A DNA stretch of 40,967 nt from Reclinomonas americana ATCC 50394 (lineage: Eukaryota): assembly GCA_048213135.1 (NCBI GenBank), contig PS015434.1:6153-47119 (forward strand), in the 5' to 3' direction. Each line of letters starts with the position of its first letter. The first letter of the stretch is position 1. The notes below the pieces were generated by a model. That model searched no databases, was not told where the DNA came from, and saw only the letters and a list, made by a program, of their open reading frames with translations. This document shows, one piece after another, positions 37,601 to 40,967 of this stretch. The translations under genes and the position numbers were made by a program.

Positions 37601-39219
37601 AGCAATCAGTCAAGTGTGCGAGATGACTGACTGCAGCATTCAATCATCTGCGACGACTGCACCTGTGGGTTGTCCTTGGCCGCCACCTTCATGGCCAGCA
37701 AGATGCGACCGTGGTACTCAGTGGGCTCGGCCTTGCCCTTGCGCAGCAGATTGTGGGCCTTGTCACGGAACGACGGTTCCAGCGGCACGCCGTACAGGTT
37801 CACCCAGCGCGGGTTCAGACCGCCCTCCAACTGCACATCGGAGAAGCGGAAAAACATGCGAGCAATGGTCTCGTCCTTGGTGCCGCGATCCCAATCCTGC
37901 GGGGCGACAGAATGTCAGACGAGTGGAGCGTGGAGAGAGAGCACATTTGAAGACACAAACAGAATACTCACTCGAACAATGACTTCGATCTTGTCGCTGA
38001 GGTTCGGCAGCCACACCTGGAATTGCAGCTCGTTATTCCACAGTGGAGTCAGTGTGCTCTTCATGATTTCGGTCCGGCGCTCGGCGTTGCCGGCGGTGAC
38101 CACAGCCACATACGGATCGCACTTGCCGACTGCGCACGGATGATATTCAAAAAAACTTCCGAGTGGACCAGGGCATGGTGGCACAACGCAACAAGTGTCC
38201 ATCTTCGGCATGTCTTCACCGCGGTACACGCGCACGTACAGCTCGGCACCCTGTCGCTGCATACCGGGCGGCATGAGTACGTACTGCTGCAGTGATTGGA
38301 GGGAGCCTTCCTCCTCCGCATCGACTTCCGGTGCCGGTTCTGCACGCAACGCACAATCGCACACGTAAGAAGCAATGAAAAGGGAATGGAAGCAGGGAGG
38401 TTGGTTGGATTACCGATGGTGTCACCGGGTCCAGCGACGGTGATGGAGACACGGACGTAGCCCTGAATCTCATTGCCGTGCTTCTTGGTCTCCATAATCG
38501 CCACCCACGTGCGCCAAATCTGATGGTTCGGCGCCGTGTACACGTAGCTGAGATCGATTTCGAACTGGCCTGCAAACGGCAAGCAACACAGCAGTCAGCA
38601 TCGGCAAGAGAGAGAGAGAGAGAGAGAGAGGAAGGAAGACGAAAAGAAAGAGACGACGGAGGANNNNNNNNNNNNNNNNNNNNNNNNNNNNNNNNNNNNN
38701 NNNNNNNNNNNNNNNNNNNNNNNNNNNNNNNNNNNNNNNNNNNNNNNNNNNNNNNNNNNNNNNNNNNNNNNNNNNNNNNNNNNNNNNNNNNNNNNNNNNN
38801 NNNNNNNNNNNNNNNNNNNNNNNNNNNNNNNNNNNNNNNNNNNNNNNNNNNNNNNNNNNNNNNNNNNNNNNNNNNNNNNNNNNNNNNNNCAAACCCACCG
38901 ATGAGCTCATTGCGCGTAAAGGTGTTGGCGTCGAACACACGAATCACACACGGCGTCTCCTCCAGTCCCGTATCAATCTGGAAAAACATGAGATGGTCCC
39001 ACACGACATTGGCCGACTTCTTTGTGCCTTTGGTCTTCTGCGTCTGCTTGCCCACAGTCACACTGGCCACGGGATCCGAAGTGCCGCTCCGATCGCGACC
39101 TTTCAACTCCCGAGCCTCCAGCTATCATGCATGATCATTCAGCAATCGGGGCTCATGTCACCACAGAAGATCAAGACAGAAAGAGAACTCACCAGCTCAA
39201 CCTGCACCTGGTACGGCAT
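32954..39219 (-). CDS. Ferlin-family multi-C2 tail-anchored protein, paralogue B (28 introns by my reconstruction; one intron contains a gap)
   Basis: MPYQVQVEL/LEARELKGRDRSGTSDPV; VYRGEDMPKMDTFGKCDPYV; LNPRWVNLYGVP...EYHGRILL; LRAHIYQARNLPAGDESGTSDPY; RGRQLVPKDRTGKSDPY...IGTTTIDLENR; ELRIIVWNT; TM LIIAGIIILAIVLIFVLL then TAG at 32954-32956. Collinear with paralogue A throughout. Confidence 0.92.
34574..34602. repeat. (AG)n microsatellite forming the polypyrimidine tract of a ferlin-B intron
   Basis: About 14 AG units; on the minus strand (CT)n lies just upstream of the ATCAG acceptor. Confidence 0.85.
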
Positions 39220-40538
39220 CGCGATGTCTGTGCGTGCGCCTCTCTCTGTGTGCGTGTGTGTGGGAGAGAGAGTGAGCGCGGAGAAATGTCGCAACTCAAC
39301 ACACACGAGCGCACGCGTGAATGCAGCGCATGCAAACCCCTCAAACCAACAAGAGCATGTGTAAGAGCAGGAGGGGCGGGGAAGAGAGAGAGGCACAGGG
39401 AAACAGACAGAAGACGCGGAGTTCGAAACGTCATGCAAGTGGTGGAGAGTGAATCGCGAATCGCACAGCGAGAGGCAGAGACATGCATATACATACACAC
39501 ACACACACACAGAGTGAGAGGCAGCACACAGCGAGCGCACGAACCTCAGTCTGATTGTTTGAGTGAANNNNNNNNNNNNNNNNNNNNNNNNNNNNNNNNN
39601 NNNNNNNNNNNNNNNNNNNNNNNNNNNNNNNNNNNNNNNNNNNNNNNNNNNNNNNNNNNNNNNNNNNNNNNNNNNNNNNNNNNNNNNNNNNNNNNNNNNN
39701 NNNNNNNNNNNNNNNNNNNNNNNNNNNNNNNNNNNNNNNNNNNNNNNNNNNNNNNNNNNNNNNNNNNNNNNNNNNNNNNNNNNNNNNNNNNNNNNNNNNN
39801 NNNNNNNNNNNNNNNNNNNNNNNNNNNNNNNNNNNNNNNNNNNNNNNNNNNNNNNNNNNNNNNNNNNNNNNNNNNNNNNNNNNNNNNNNNNNNNNNNNNN
39901 NNNNNNNNNNNNNNNNNNNNNNNNNNNNNNNNNNNNNNNNNNNNNNNNNNNNNNNNNNNNNNNNNNNNNNNNNNNNNNNNNNNNNNNNNNNNNNNNNNNN
40001 NNNNNNNNNNNNNNNNNNNNNNNNNNNNNNNNNNNNNNNNNNNNNNNNNNNNNNNNNNNNNNNNNNNNNNNNNNNNNNNNNNNNNNNNNNNNNNNNNNNN
40101 NNNNNNNNNNNNNNNNNNNNNNNNNNNNNNNNNNNNNNNNNNNNNNNNNNNNNNNNNNNNNNNNNNNNNNNNNNNNNNNNNNNNNNNNNNNNNNNNNNNN
40201 NNNNNNNNNNNNNNNNNNNNNNNNNNNNNNNNNNNNNNNNNNNNNNNNNNNNNNNNNNNNNNNNNNNNNNNNNNNNNNNNNNNNNNNNNNNNNNNNNNNN
40301 NNNNNNNNNNNNNNNNNNNNNNNNNNNNNNNNNNNNNNNNNNNNNNNNNNNNNNNNNNNNNNNNNNNNNNNNNNNNNNNNNNNNNNNNNNNNNNNNNNNN
40401 NNNNNNNNNNNNNNNNNNNNNNNNNNNNNNNNNNNNNNNNNNNNNNNNNNNNNNNNNNNNNNNNNNNNNNNNTTGACTGCGGACAATCGCCGTCACCGCG
40501 AGCGCCACTGTCCACACACACTCACACGCTCCTTCGCC

Positions 40539-40967
40539 ATGGCCGACGAGATCCCATTCCGCTTCTGGTACAACACGCAAGACACGGCCTGCGTTGCTGG
40601 CGTGCCACTGCGCAACGAGGCAGTGGAAGGGGCGACGGGCGACGATGTCGTGGCGCGCAAGATGGCCGCGCGTTGGTCAAAGTGCGCGCGCGAGGACGCC
40701 ACGCGTGAGGTGTGCATGTGCACGCTCACTGACACCAGTGTGGTGGTGTTGATGCCGGGTCCACCACCGTTGACCGCGGACGAGGACGATGATCAGGAGG
40801 TGAGCACATGCACATTGTCAAGCGCGTGTGTGTGTGCCACTGACAACTGGACCTGTGTGTGTGTAAAAGCCGTTTGCATGGGGCGTCAATGCCAGTGATA
40901 TGTATGCGTATGCAGCAAGTGGCGATGATGGTGGCGCACCTCGTCGAGGACATTCGTGGCCTCTGCG
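40539..40967 (+). CDS. Hypothetical protein, 5' exons, running off the window
   Basis: GCC-ATG-G start, MADEIPFRFWYNTQDTACVAGVPLRNEAVEG..., followed by GTGTGC and GTGAGC donor-like sites and short intron-like segments. Confidence 0.4.

Noticed and set aside
26433-39219. Alternative genetic code or frameshifted pseudogenes to explain fragmented ORFs
   Set aside because: The stops and frame changes I traced are all removed by short GT-AG introns, and TAA, TAG and TGA are all used as terminal stops.
26433-39219. Ferlin pair as an assembly duplication or allelic haplotypes
   Set aside because: The proteins are clearly diverged, intron sequences are unrelated, 19 intron positions differ, and the junction between them has no gap.
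1-40967. tRNA, rRNA or snoRNA genes
   Set aside because: None recognisable by eye. The longer introns (4566-4802, about 15810-16218) would need a covariance-model scan.

Overview
Gapped scaffold from a gene-dense eukaryote (probably a protist; lineage not identifiable from this window) with many short (~55-90 nt) GT-AG introns and (AG)n/(CA)n microsatellites. In order: ARMH3/C10orf76 (DUF1741), whose first exons lie on the opposite strand in the first contig (probable mis-oriented contig); importin-7/8; two unknown proline-rich coiled-coil genes; a 5'-truncated mosaic gene (2x L-type lectin, 2x LamG-like, cadherin-like, 2x PAN/apple) whose lectin/LamG part is one intronless exon of at least 3.2 kb; a WD40 fragment; NAT9; XRCC2; an unknown gene; two tail-to-tail ferlin paralogues; and the start of an unknown gene. 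The strongest signal is in splicing: about a quarter of the ferlin introns, plus several elsewhere, start GTT(G/T)(C/A)G, which is the usual donor shifted by one base. This class covaries with loss of the exonic -1 G at homologous introns of the two ferlins, suggesting routine shifted or bulged U1 pairing. Gene models were built by hand and have no transcript support.
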